Part shown: positions 16,845 to 26,345 of the stretch, one piece after another
How positions within the stretch are numbered: the first letter of the stretch is position 1
How the letters are laid out: each line of letters opens with the position of its first letter
From: Acidobacteriota bacterium
Lineage (GTDB): Bacteria; Acidobacteriota; Vicinamibacteria; Vicinamibacterales; UBA2999
Length of the DNA stretch: 64,000 bases
Assembly: GCA_030650395.1 (NCBI GenBank)
Contig: JAUSDY010000030.1
Span: 5,108 to 69,107, forward strand
Direction of reading: 5' to 3'
Notes under the pieces: generated by a model
The model's database searches: none
The model's input: the letters and a program-made list of their open reading frames with translations, nothing else
What the model was told of the DNA's origin: nothing
Translations under genes and position numbers: made by a program

Positions 16845-18983
16845 TTACTTGAACGCTAACTCGCTCACTTGGTGGCATGTCCCGCACGCCCCCGTGTAAG
16901 GGATGGGCATCGCCCGACCCGGCGGCACTCCGTCAACTCCCACATTTGTTTTCAAGGGCACATCGAACACATGGGACTTCAAAGGGCCTTGCCAATAGGC
17001 GTTGTTCTCTTCCTCCAGGGCATTGGCATACGGAGGCGTCTTGATCATCCTGCCGAAATCGCCGGCAATGCCCCCGGTATTGGCGGTTCCTGGCATATGA
17101 CAGTCGATGCAGCGGGTCAGCTGACCCTTCATTTTTGCGTTCAGCTTCGTTTCCATATGCGAAAGCACGTTCACGGTATGGCATCGCTGACACAACGGGG
17201 AGGCGGGGTCATTCGCGTCGTGAATGAGCCAGCGTGGATTGGGTGTGCCGCCATGCAGGTCGTGGCAGTCCGAGCAGGTGACCAACAATCGATCGTTCCT
17301 GTACATCTTTGACTTCAGGAAGTCCGCATACTGCTGATGGGGCTTATTCGAGTGGACATCGTCTGGCCAGATATTGTCCTCCCGTCCGGGTCCTCGCATC
17401 GTCGGCCCCTTCTTGATGGGGTCGGTATACTTCGTAATCAGCTCGTGGCGGCTGATTCCGGGCTTCGCGAGCTCTCCCGCCTCGCTGATCGCTTGCGTGT
17501 AACCGTTAGTCGGTCCGCCATACCCCTGCCTTCTGTCATGGCACCGGCCACAGACCGCGCTGGACCGCTCGGCCGAGAGGAGCTTGGGGTTGACGATGAA
17601 ACGGGAACGGCCTGTGTTGGCCACATGTTCGGATCCCGGCCCGTGACAGCTTTCGCAGCCAACATTGATCTCGTCCAGCTCGGGATCATCGTCGATGTTC
17701 ATGTCGCCGCCGGGATCGTTGACGGCCCGTACGAGAAACTGCCCCGTCGCCTTGTCTTGATATCGCTCCCAGCCGGTCAAATGACAGCCGGCGCACATGG
17801 TTTGCACGGCATTCGTGTTGACCGGCGGAGCCGTCAGCACATCGTCGGACGTGCCGTGCTTGGCATCGACGCCGGCCGACCACCACATGTAGAACTTGTA
17901 GTCGTGCCACACCCGCCGCTCTCTGTGCAGCCTGTTGTCTCGCCCGGTCATGTTGTACCGCAGCACGGTGTACCACCCCTGACGAGCGCCCAGTCCTGGC
18001 GGAACCGAGACGATGTATCGCTGGTCGTGGACCGCCCCGCCGTAGAGAAGCTTGATCTCCAGGTGTGCCGGGCTATTGGGGTCCTGCGCGTTCAGCCGGT
18101 TCACCATCGTGATGAAGTACTTGTTGTCGCGAGCGTTCTTCCACAAGTACACATCGGCATAGGTCGTCTCGATAGGCAGGCGAGCATCGCCGGATGCTCG
18201 CAGCTTGAACTTGTCGTCGTTTCTTGCCGGGTCGTAGTCCCCGAGCTCGAGGCGCGTGCCGCGCGCGTAGTCGTCGACCGCGGGAAACGATTCGAGCGCG
18301 TCAAAGTAGTCCGGATGCCTCGAAAAATCCTGCATCCGTCCTGGAGCTCCTGGTACGGTCCACCCGAGCTTGTGCGCGGTCTGCTGCCAATGCTCCTTGT
18401 TCGTGTGGCAGGCCAGACAACTCGAGCTGCCGACATACCGGGCAGTCGTAGAAGGGCTGCTCGAGACCTTGATCGTCATCGATTGACCGCGCAACTGCTC
18501 GGCCGAATAGCTTCGTCGGCTCTGGTCCCCACCAGGCAGGTGTTCGGGATCCTTGGGCGCCGGTGTCACATGGACAAAGAACTTGCCGTCGGGCACGTTC
18601 GCGATAGCGAAACGTCCTTGCGCGTCCGTGGCGGATTGCGGAAAGGCGGTTCCTCTGAGTCGGATCGCGTCCTCGAGCGGTTCATCGTAGGCTTCTGCAG
18701 GAAATGGTGGTGCATAGATGGCACTGGCGGTCATTGCCGTGGTGATGTCAATCGCCGTGATTGGAACGAGATGGACCGTTGCGCCGGCAACGGGATGGCC
18801 GGGATTGGTGGCCGCGCCGCCGACAAACACCGCGCCGGAAGCGCTCACGACCTGGCCAGCAAACGCACGTCCTGCAGCTTGATTGGCTGCTCCGGCGGCT
18901 GGGACCATCGACGCGGTGATCAGCATCACGGTGAGCAGTAATGCCGCCAGACCGAAGACTGTGGTGGCGTTGTGTTGGCGCAT
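16845..18983 (-). CDS. periplasmic octaheme cytochrome c with an N-terminal beta-sandwich domain
   Basis: Eight CxxCH: CLACH, CAGCH, CESCH, CGRCH, CSDCH, CQRCH, CIDCH, CGTCH; signal peptide. Confidence 0.92.
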   Translation of the reverse strand: MRQHNATTVFGLAALLLTVMLITASMVPAAGAANQAAGRAFAGQVVSASGAVFVGGAATNPGHPVAGATVHLVPITAIDITTAMTASAIYAPPFPAEAYDEPLEDAIRLRGTAFPQSATDAQGRFAIANVPDGKFFVHVTPAPKDPEHLPGGDQSRRSYSAEQLRGQSMTIKVSSSPSTTARYVGSSSCLACHTNKEHWQQTAHKLGWTVPGAPGRMQDFSRHPDYFDALESFPAVDDYARGTRLELGDYDPARNDDKFKLRASGDARLPIETTYADVYLWKNARDNKYFITMVNRLNAQDPNSPAHLEIKLLYGGAVHDQRYIVSVPPGLGARQGWYTVLRYNMTGRDNRLHRERRVWHDYKFYMWWSAGVDAKHGTSDDVLTAPPVNTNAVQTMCAGCHLTGWERYQDKATGQFLVRAVNDPGGDMNIDDDPELDEINVGCESCHGPGSEHVANTGRSRFIVNPKLLSAERSSAVCGRCHDRRQGYGGPTNGYTQAISEAGELAKPGISRHELITKYTDPIKKGPTMRGPGREDNIWPDDVHSNKPHQQYADFLKSKMYRNDRLLVTCSDCHDLHGGTPNPRWLIHDANDPASPLCQRCHTVNVLSHMETKLNAKMKGQLTRCIDCHMPGTANTGGIAGDFGRMIKTPPYANALEEENNAYWQGPLKSHVFDVPLKTNVGVDGVPPGRAMPIPYTGACGTCHQVSELAFK

Positions 18984-18998
18984 TTCAGCGTCTCGAGT

Positions 18999-19050
18999 TT
19001 GACCGTCGTAACACTTTCCATATACTCTGAAACTGTCGTTACAATGTCAA
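18999..19050. promoter_or_regulatory. overlapping divergent promoters with an imperfect palindrome
   Basis: Plus strand TTGACC-16-TATACT; minus strand TTGACA (19050-45)-17-GAGTAT; GTAAC (19008)...GTTAC (19038). Confidence 0.65.
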
Positions 19051-19076
19051 GATTCCGGTCATCGACGAGTTAAGCC

Positions 19077-20155
19077 ATGACAGCGCGCCCCGAGGCTCAA
19101 CCACCAGTCACGACTGTTGGCGCGTCCAGGACAGCCCGCCGTTGGCTTCTGTTTGTTCATCAGCTGCCCTCGACACCATCGAATCTGCGCGTCCGCACGT
19201 GGCGGCGGTTGCAACAGCTCGGCGCGCTCCCGATCAAACAGGCGGTCTATGCCCTTCCGGATACGCCCACTGCCCGCGAAGACTTCGAATGGCTGAAGAC
19301 GGAGATCAAAGCAGCCGGAGGGGACGCGAGCGTGTTTGCCTCGGACAACGTCGATGCGTGGTCGGACGATGCGCTGGTGGAAGAGTTCAGACGGGCGCGG
19401 CAGGAGGCGTACGCCACGCTCGCGCGAGACATCGAGCGGGTACTCGGACGGCTCGGAGCCACACGGCGGCCCCGCGGAACGCGCGCGCCGGCGGTGCGAC
19501 GCCTCGTCGAAGTGTTCAGGGCACGCTTGAGCGCGATCGAGCACGTCGATTGGCGGTGCTCCAACAGCTCGAGGAGAAAGCCTCTGACTCACCCAGGCCG
19601 GCCGAACGACCGCGGCCGGCAGGAAGCGCCGATGCGCAGAACTATGCGAATCGTCTGTGGGTGACGCGTCCGCGTCCCGGTGTCGACCGAATGGCGTCCG
19701 CATGGCTCATCAAGCGCTTTGTGGCCCCCCAGGCACGCTTCGCGTTCGTCGCGGACCGCGAATCAGCGCCACACGACGCCGTTTTGTTCGACATGTTCGG
19801 CGTGGAGTTCAGCCACCAGGGTGAAGGGTGCACGTTTGAAACGATCTGTGCTGTCTTCGCGATTCAGGAGCCGGCCGTCGCCCGCATTGCCGCGATCGTG
19901 CATGACCTCGATCTGAAGGATGGACGCTTCGCGGCTCAGGAGGCCCCGACCGTCGGGACCGTGATCGAGGGCATGCAACTCTCGGTCTCGGATGACGACA
20001 TGCTGCTGGAACAGGGCATGGCGCTCTTCGAGTCCCTCTACCGCGCGTTCGAACAGTCTGCGCGGTCCGCTGGTCCCCGACCTGTGGCACAGTCGCGCAC
20101 GCGTGCACCATCGCGAAGAGGGAAAGGCGGCACCCACCGGCGACGCACGGGATAA
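19077..20155 (+). pseudogene. chrB: ChrB-like chromate-sensing regulator, frameshifted near 19551
   Basis: N-domain WLLFVHQLP..LRVRTWRRL..GA; C-domain WVTRPRP.VDR.ASAWLI.RF...FD..G.EF.H....C.FE in a different frame. Confidence 0.82.
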
Positions 20156-20309
20156 CCCGGTGAACGAGGTGCTGATGCCATCGTCGGGTTAACGATGGCG
20201 GCGGTGTTTTGAGTCGCCTCTCGAAGCCGACCGGTGACGGACCTGCCGCAGGCAACGTGACGGCACATCGGCTATGGCCAACAGCGGCGGCTCGGAAAGG
20301 AGCAATCTT

Positions 20310-20969
20310 ATGCGAATGACGAACGTTCTCATCGTCTTTGTCGTCTTCGGCGCAACGATGCTCGTGCACGGCGCGACTCGAAAGGTCGATTTCTCTGACG
20401 ACACGATCGGACAGCCGCCGAAGGGATTCGAGTTCGGCCACACTGCGAAGGCGGGTGCACCGGGCAAGTGGGTGATCCAGGCGGAAGGAACGAACAAGTA
20501 CTTAATACAGAGGGATCCCGACTCGACGCGCTCACGCTTCCCCGTCGCGGTACTCTCCGACGTGAGCGCAGCGGATCTCGATCTCTCAGTACGATTCAAA
20601 CCGGTGTCCGGCCGAGTTGATCAGGCGGCAGGTCTCGTGTGGCGCTACCGGGACCAGGATAACTACTACATCGTCCGCGCGAACGCGCTCGAGGACAACG
20701 TGGTGCTCTACAAGGTCGAGAACGGCAAGCGCATCGACCTCCCCCTGAAGGGCGAGGGCCGCACCTATGGGAAAAAGGCTGACGTGCCGGCCGGTCAGTG
20801 GAGCACATTGCGGGTCATCGCGACTGGGGCACTCTTCGAGGTCCATTCCAACGGGACAAAACTGTACGAGGTGGAGGACCGGACATTCACGCAGGCTGGC
20901 AAAGTGGGCGTGTGGACCAAGGCCGACTCTGTGACACAGTTCGACGACCTAACGGTCGTCACGAAGTGA
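20310..20969 (+). CDS. secreted ConA-like / DUF1080-like protein
   Basis: AAGGAG RBS, signal peptide, DQAAGLVWRY.D.DNYY..RANALE.NV, GKVGVWTKADSVT.FDD. Confidence 0.75.
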   Translation: MRMTNVLIVFVVFGATMLVHGATRKVDFSDDTIGQPPKGFEFGHTAKAGAPGKWVIQAEGTNKYLIQRDPDSTRSRFPVAVLSDVSAADLDLSVRFKPVSGRVDQAAGLVWRYRDQDNYYIVRANALEDNVVLYKVENGKRIDLPLKGEGRTYGKKADVPAGQWSTLRVIATGALFEVHSNGTKLYEVEDRTFTQAGKVGVWTKADSVTQFDDLTVVTK

Positions 20970-20971
20970 CC

Positions 20972-22012
20972 ATGTCCTTCCTCAATCGGGCCGCCGCTCT
21001 TCGGATTCTTTCGATGCTCGCGGCGATCGGATTCGTCGCTTGTGGGTCGCCGGAGCAGTCGCGGACCGCCACTCGCACGGTCACCGTGTACGTCTCGACA
21101 GATCGCGTCTTCTCTGAGCCGGTGTTGCGGGAGTACGAACGGCGATCGGGCGTCAAGGTGAACGCCGTCTACGACACTGAAGAAACCAAGTCGACGGGTC
21201 TCGCCAATCGGCTGCTGGCCGAAAAGGCTCGTCCACAGGCGGATGTGTTCTGGTCGAATGAACCGGTCCGCACGCTCGTACTGAAGTCGCGCGACGTACT
21301 GGCGTCGTATCGCTCGCCGAGCGCCGAAGGGATCCCGGCCGCGCTCCTCGATCCTGACGGGTATTGGACTGGGTTCTCGGCGCGGATCCGCGTCATTGCC
21401 TACAACACGAAGACTGTCGGGGCGGAAGACGCGCCACAATCCATCTTCGATCTGGCCGAGCCCAAATGGAAAGGACAAGTCGCGATAGCCGATCCCCGGT
21501 TCGGCTCGACGTCGTTCCACGTCGCGGCGCTCTACGCCCTGGCTGGTGACGACAAGATGGACGAGTTCTTTCGCCGATTGAAGGCGAACGGCGTCCGCAT
21601 TGTTGAAGGCAATTCCGTGGTCCGTGATCTTGTCGCTCGAGGTGAGGTGAAAACGGGGCTGACCGACACAGACGACGTCAACGTCGCGATCGAGAACGGT
21701 CAACCGGTAGGAATGGTCCTCCCCGACAGGGAGGGACTGGGCGTGCCGGTGATGCCGAATATGGTGTCGTTGATTGCGGGCGCTCCGCACCCTGAGGAGG
21801 CGCGCAAGCTGATCGATTACCTGTTGTCTGCCGATGTCGAGCGACAGCTCGCCCAATCGGAAGCGGTTCAGATTCCGCTGCATGCCGGCGTGCCCGGTCC
21901 GAAGAACATTCCGGCGATCGAGACCTTCAAACCGATGACGCTTGACTATGCGAAAGCTGCCAGTCGAGTCGACGATGTCACGAAGCGACTCGCGACGATT
22001 CTGGGTCTGTAG
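20972..22012 (+). CDS. ABC transporter substrate-binding lipoprotein (Fe3+/thiamine-like class)
   Basis: Lipobox FVAC, RL.AE...P.ADVFW, W.G.VAIADP..GS. Confidence 0.88.
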   Translation: MSFLNRAAALRILSMLAAIGFVACGSPEQSRTATRTVTVYVSTDRVFSEPVLREYERRSGVKVNAVYDTEETKSTGLANRLLAEKARPQADVFWSNEPVRTLVLKSRDVLASYRSPSAEGIPAALLDPDGYWTGFSARIRVIAYNTKTVGAEDAPQSIFDLAEPKWKGQVAIADPRFGSTSFHVAALYALAGDDKMDEFFRRLKANGVRIVEGNSVVRDLVARGEVKTGLTDTDDVNVAIENGQPVGMVLPDREGLGVPVMPNMVSLIAGAPHPEEARKLIDYLLSADVERQLAQSEAVQIPLHAGVPGPKNIPAIETFKPMTLDYAKAASRVDDVTKRLATILGL

Positions 22013-22054
22013 TTTCACGAGCCGGCCGTCCACCAGAGAGACGCGCAAACAGAT

Positions 22055-23626
22055 ATGTGGCGATGGCAGTCCAGTCGAACGGCGGTAGTAGGCGCGGCTA
22101 TCGCGGTGTTTGTCGTGTGTTGCGTGCTCCCGGTCGGCTATCTGCTCACGGTGTCGCTGAGTAGCGTGGACGCGTTCTCGGCGTTGTTGCTGGACGCGCG
22201 ACAGCGCCAACTGCTCTACAACACGGCTCTTCTCGGCACCGGCACAGCGCTTCTCGCCACCGTGATCGGCGCCCCACTCGGTCTCGCGCTCGCTCGTATC
22301 GCACTGCCTCGGAAGGCTATTCTTCGGCTCGCGCTCGCAGCGCCAGTCCTGCTACCGCCGTACATCGTGGGGTTGGCCTGGACGTACCTCGGAAGCAGCC
22401 GCGGGTGGGTGGCGACCCTCGCGGGCCACGACCTGCTCTCGGCGTGGACCTACAGCCTGCCGGCGGCCATTGTTGTGCTGAGTGTGGTGTTCTACCCACT
22501 GTCGATGCTCGCGACAGAGGTGGCGATGCGCCGCATTGACGGGCGCCTCGAAGAGGCCGCGCTCGTGGTCGCGCCGCCAGGCCGCGTGATGTCGCGCATC
22601 ACCTTGCCGCTCGCGGCCCCCGGCGTGTTTGCCGCGGCCCTCGTCATTTTTGTGCTCGCCGTATCGGAGTTCGGTGTTCCGGGATTACTGCGGGTGCGCG
22701 TGTACACCACAGAAGTCTTTACCGCATTCGCAGCGCTCTACGACTTTACTCGAGCCATTCTCCTCGCTGTGCCGCTTCTGCTGCTGTGCCTCATCGTCGC
22801 AGCCGTCGCCGCCGCGCTGCTCGGAGACCGTCTGGTGATCACGCGCCGGAGTGCCGGGACCCGTCCGGCTCTGTTCGACGAATGGCAACGACCAGCCACG
22901 CTGGGCGCACTCGTGGTGCTCACGGTAGCGCTCTTACTCCCGCTTGCGATCCTTGTAAGTGAAGCGATGGCGGCTCAATCGATATCCGCCGTACTCGCAG
23001 GGTTCGGTAGCGCCATCGCGAACAGCCTCGTGCTGGCGGCGGCAGGTGCAACGGCCGTTGTCAGCGTCGCCGTGTGGCTCGGGTACGCCCGGGCGAGAAC
23101 GGCCGGCCGAATGGGCCAAGGTGCAGACATCCTCTTCATCGTCCTGTTCGCGGTGCCGAGCACGATTGTCGGCGTGGGCCTGATTCTTCTGTGGAATCGG
23201 CCGGGGCCGTTCGGCGCGGTGTATGGAACGGACATCATGCTTCTTCTGGGGTATCTGGCGAGATTCGTTCCGGTGGCGGCGCTGGCACTCGCCGCCAGTG
23301 CCCGATACGTGCCGGTGTCGCACGAGGAGGCCGCCGCCGTCAGCGGCGCGGGATGGCTCCGCACCATGTGGGGGATTGTTCTTCCGCAGATGCGGCTCGG
23401 GCTGGCTGCGGCGTGGGTGGTCGCGTTCGTCCTGGCGTTCGGGGAGCTTGGCGTCAGCATTCTCGTCGCACCGCCGGGTGAAGCCACGCTGCCCATTCGC
23501 ATCTACACGATCATCGCGAATACGCCTTCATCGCACGTCGCTGCGCTGGCGCTCTTGCAAACCGCCGTCATCTTCGTGCCTCTCGCGGCGCTCGGGGCGG
23601 CCATGTCACTCCGCGAGGCCAGGTGA
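22055..23626 (+). CDS. ABC transporter permease (FbpB-like, duplicated)
   Basis: About 12 TM segments and two EAA loops (LEEAA, HEEAAA.SGA). Confidence 0.9.
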   Translation: MWRWQSSRTAVVGAAIAVFVVCCVLPVGYLLTVSLSSVDAFSALLLDARQRQLLYNTALLGTGTALLATVIGAPLGLALARIALPRKAILRLALAAPVLLPPYIVGLAWTYLGSSRGWVATLAGHDLLSAWTYSLPAAIVVLSVVFYPLSMLATEVAMRRIDGRLEEAALVVAPPGRVMSRITLPLAAPGVFAAALVIFVLAVSEFGVPGLLRVRVYTTEVFTAFAALYDFTRAILLAVPLLLLCLIVAAVAAALLGDRLVITRRSAGTRPALFDEWQRPATLGALVVLTVALLLPLAILVSEAMAAQSISAVLAGFGSAIANSLVLAAAGATAVVSVAVWLGYARARTAGRMGQGADILFIVLFAVPSTIVGVGLILLWNRPGPFGAVYGTDIMLLLGYLARFVPVAALALAASARYVPVSHEEAAAVSGAGWLRTMWGIVLPQMRLGLAAAWVVAFVLAFGELGVSILVAPPGEATLPIRIYTIIANTPSSHVAALALLQTAVIFVPLAALGAAMSLREAR

Positions 23627-24321
23627 ATTCATCGCTGCTCTCCCTGACGAACGTCACGAAGCGATTCGTGTCACACGAGGCCGTGCACAGCGTGTCGTTG
23701 GACGTCGTCGCCGGCGACGCTATCGTGATCCTCGGACCCAGCGGCTGCGGCAAAACCACGCTACTGCGCTTGATCGCAGGACTTGAGATTCCGGACAGCG
23801 GCGAGATCTGGCTGGCCGGCGCGCAGGCAGCCGGGGCAGGTCGCAACATGATGCCGGCCCACGAGCGGGGAATCGGGTTTGTCTTTCAAGATTTGGCGCT
23901 CTGGCCGCACCTGACGATTCAGCGGAACCTGAACTTCGTCCTTGAGTCGGTGAAGATGCCTCGCGCAGACCGAGCGGCAAGAGCCTTGGAGGCCCTAAAG
24001 CTCGTTCGCATTGAGCAACTGTCCAGTCGGTATCCTCACCAGCTCTCGGGTGGCGAGCAGCAACGTGTGGCGCTCGCCCGAGCCCTGGTCGGTCAGCCGC
24101 GCGTATTGCTCCTCGACGAGCCCTTTTCAAGCCTAGACCCCGAGTTACGGGACGCCCTTCGTAGCGAGCTCGCTCGCTTGCAGCGCACGCTCCATGTGAC
24201 GACGGTATATGTCACCCACGACCAGGGGGACGCGGCGATTCTCGCGGATCGCGTCATTGAGATGCGCGCCGGGCGGATCGTGGCCGTCAACGACACCAAA
24301 AGGAAGGAGCAAGGGGCGTGA
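23623..24321 (+). CDS. ABC transporter ATP-binding protein
   Basis: GPSGCGKT, LSGGEQQR, LLLDEP, VTHD. Confidence 0.95.
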   Translation: MNSSLLSLTNVTKRFVSHEAVHSVSLDVVAGDAIVILGPSGCGKTTLLRLIAGLEIPDSGEIWLAGAQAAGAGRNMMPAHERGIGFVFQDLALWPHLTIQRNLNFVLESVKMPRADRAARALEALKLVRIEQLSSRYPHQLSGGEQQRVALARALVGQPRVLLLDEPFSSLDPELRDALRSELARLQRTLHVTTVYVTHDQGDAAILADRVIEMRAGRIVAVNDTKRKEQGA

Positions 24322-24349
24322 GGGCCGTGGTCCTCCGCCCATGGTCTAC

Positions 24350-24493
24350 CTACGACCGCGTTCCCTCGCCGCTCACGACATCGTCAGGATGCGCATACGC
24401 GAGTTCGACCGATCGGAAGAATTCACCTTCGAGGGGCGAGGCTTGCTCGACGAGCGCGAGGGCGTGCTTCTGCCATTGTCGCGGGAGCGTCAC
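24350..24493 (-). pseudogene. RES-domain toxin, N-terminal fragment
   Basis: Hand translation MTLPRQWQKHALALVEQASPLEGEFFRSVELAYAHPDDVVSGEGTRS*, cut before the GGR motif; GTGA overlap with the antitoxin. Confidence 0.6.
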
Positions 24494-24662
24494 ACCGGCT
24501 CGCCGACCTGCATGCGGCGGAATTCCCAGAGGAGATCTCGCGGTCGTCCCTCAATAATCCAATCTCGGGGGGCGTTCCCTGCGGACGCGTCGTTCGGAGA
24601 GATCAACCAACTCTGCCGCTGTTTAGGGTCGATGTATCTTTCAGCTTCACCGGCATTCCCAT
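24490..24662 (-). pseudogene. Xre/MbcA/ParS antitoxin C-terminus joined out of frame to an MGMPVKL antitoxin-like start
   Basis: YIDPKQRQSWLISPNDASAGNAPRDWIIEGRPRDLLWEFRRMQVGEPV*; AGGAG and ATG at 24662 in another frame. Confidence 0.6.
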
Positions 24663-24676
24663 GCACCGCTCCTGTT

Positions 24677-24694
24677 GGTAGTATTTTTACTACC
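24677..24694. promoter_or_regulatory. palindromic operator upstream of the antitoxin remnant
   Basis: GGTAGTA-TTTT-TACTACC, perfect 7-4-7. Confidence 0.6.
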
Positions 24695-24845
24695 CGATGG
24701 CGCTTTCGGCAACCGATTGGCGCTACGACCTCCCGCTTCGACCGAACGCGGGCGGCAGCCTACGGCTATCAGCCTTCGACAGTGCTGTGCGTTTAGAACG
24801 AGAACTGAAGCCCAACACGCGCCGTCTGCCCGGAGTGACGCAGCT

Positions 24846-24869
24846 CGCGGAACTAAAGTTCCGCGCTAC
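24846..24869 (-). repeat. GTAG REP that supplies the radical SAM stop codon
   Basis: Exact reverse complement of 10857-10880. Confidence 0.85.
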
Positions 24870-26280
24870 GCACCGCAACCGGGGCCGGTTGGTCTTCGCG
24901 GCTCTTCGCGGACACTTTCGATAACACGCCCTCGAGCACTGGCGTCATTGTGCGCAGTTGCTTCGCGCGGATCACGACATCCCACAGGGGTTCGAACTTC
25001 TTCCAGCCTGCCGCGTAGAAAAAGTGCTTGGCCTGGTGCTTGAGCGAGCCATGCTCGAGCGAGGCCCGCGCGATCGAGGACCAGCGATAGAACTCGCGAT
25101 AGGCCCAGTCGTAGCCGGTCTTGAGCGCCTCGGGCGTCAGGCGCGCCGGTTGATAGACCACGTGCCTGGTGTCGTAGAGATCCCAATCGCGCGTCAGGAT
25201 GCGGCCCTCCGCTTCAGTGCGCGCAAACAGCCGCGTCCCCGGATACGGCGTCTGGATGTGAAAGGTCGCCGTCGTAATCCCCCGCTCGACCGACCAGTCC
25301 ACCGTGCGCCGGAACACATCCTCGTCGTCATCGTCCATCCCGAAAACGAAGCTGCCGTTGATCATGATGCCGAGGCTGTGCAGCCGCTCGGTGACCGCGG
25401 TGTAATCGCGGCCGAGATTCTGGCGCTTGTTACTTCGCACGAGGTTGCCGGGCGTGAGCGTCTCGAATCCAACGAACAGGCTTCGCAGGCCGGCCGCTGC
25501 AGCGCGCTCGATCAGATCACCGCGAAGAATTGAGTCCACCGTCGCGGCGCCCTGAAACAACCGTCCCATTCCGCGCATGCCCTCGAATAACGCCTCGCCG
25601 AAGCAGCGATCGCCGAGGAGATGATCGTCCAGAAAGTAGAGGTGCCGTCCCGGCAGCCGATCGATCTCAGACAGCGCGTCATCGACACGCTGGGTGTAGA
25701 AACCCTTCCCGCCCTGGAAGAACGCGTCCTTGTAGCAGAAGTCGCAGTGCTGCGGACAGCCGCGTGTGACGACAATCGAATTCGGCACGAGGTAGCGGCG
25801 CCGATCGATCAGGTCACGACGCACCGGCGGGATCCGGTCGAGCGTGCGGCCCTCGGTCGACCGATACAGGCGCTGCGCCCTGCCCTCCCGAAACTCCGCC
25901 AAAAACTGCGGAAAGGTTTGCTCGCCCGGTCCGAGGAAGATTGCGTCGGCGTGGGGCGCAGCCTCGTCCGGCAGCGCCGTCACATGCAAGCCGCCAAGCG
26001 CGACGAACACGCCTTTTGCCCGGTAGTGGTCGGCGAGCAGGTAGGCCCGGCGCGCGTTGGTGATGTAGACCTGAATCACCACGAGATCCGGCATATCGTC
26101 CGTCGTCAGCGGCATGACGTGCCCGTCGAGCAACACCGCATCGTCATCCGGCCGAAGGTACGCGGCGAGCGTGGCGAGGCCGAGCGGAGGAAACAGCGAG
26201 TACTTGATCGGCCGCCAGTAGGGGCCGGTGGCCTCGGTCAAGGCCGGCAGGATGAACTTGACGCGCAACGGACGGCTCAT
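24853..26280 (-). CDS. B12-binding radical SAM protein
   Basis: PPLGLATLAA, GGLH, TRGCPQHCDFC (CxxxCxxC), TPYPGT. Confidence 0.93.
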   Translation of the reverse strand: MSRPLRVKFILPALTEATGPYWRPIKYSLFPPLGLATLAAYLRPDDDAVLLDGHVMPLTTDDMPDLVVIQVYITNARRAYLLADHYRAKGVFVALGGLHVTALPDEAAPHADAIFLGPGEQTFPQFLAEFREGRAQRLYRSTEGRTLDRIPPVRRDLIDRRRYLVPNSIVVTRGCPQHCDFCYKDAFFQGGKGFYTQRVDDALSEIDRLPGRHLYFLDDHLLGDRCFGEALFEGMRGMGRLFQGAATVDSILRGDLIERAAAAGLRSLFVGFETLTPGNLVRSNKRQNLGRDYTAVTERLHSLGIMINGSFVFGMDDDDEDVFRRTVDWSVERGITTATFHIQTPYPGTRLFARTEAEGRILTRDWDLYDTRHVVYQPARLTPEALKTGYDWAYREFYRWSSIARASLEHGSLKHQAKHFFYAAGWKKFEPLWDVVIRAKQLRTMTPVLEGVLSKVSAKSREDQPAPVAVRSAEL

Positions 26281-26313
26281 CGAGCCGCCCGCTGCCACCG
26301 CTCTTTCACGGAT

Positions 26314-26345
26314 TAACTTTATTTTACAAAGTTATTTGCTGTCAA
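26314..26345 (-). promoter_or_regulatory. promoter and operator of the radical SAM gene
   Basis: TTGACA (26345-40), 18 bp, TAAAGT; palindrome TAACTTT-N7-AAAGTTA. Confidence 0.6.

Noticed and set aside
19530-19570. Programmed frameshift in chrB
   Set aside because: There is no slippery heptamer, and residues expected after HVD appear to be missing. A small deletion or a sequencing error is more likely.
24788-24845. Integron attC site (GCCCAAC)
   Set aside because: No matching GTTRRRY end or internal boxes, and no integron integrase.
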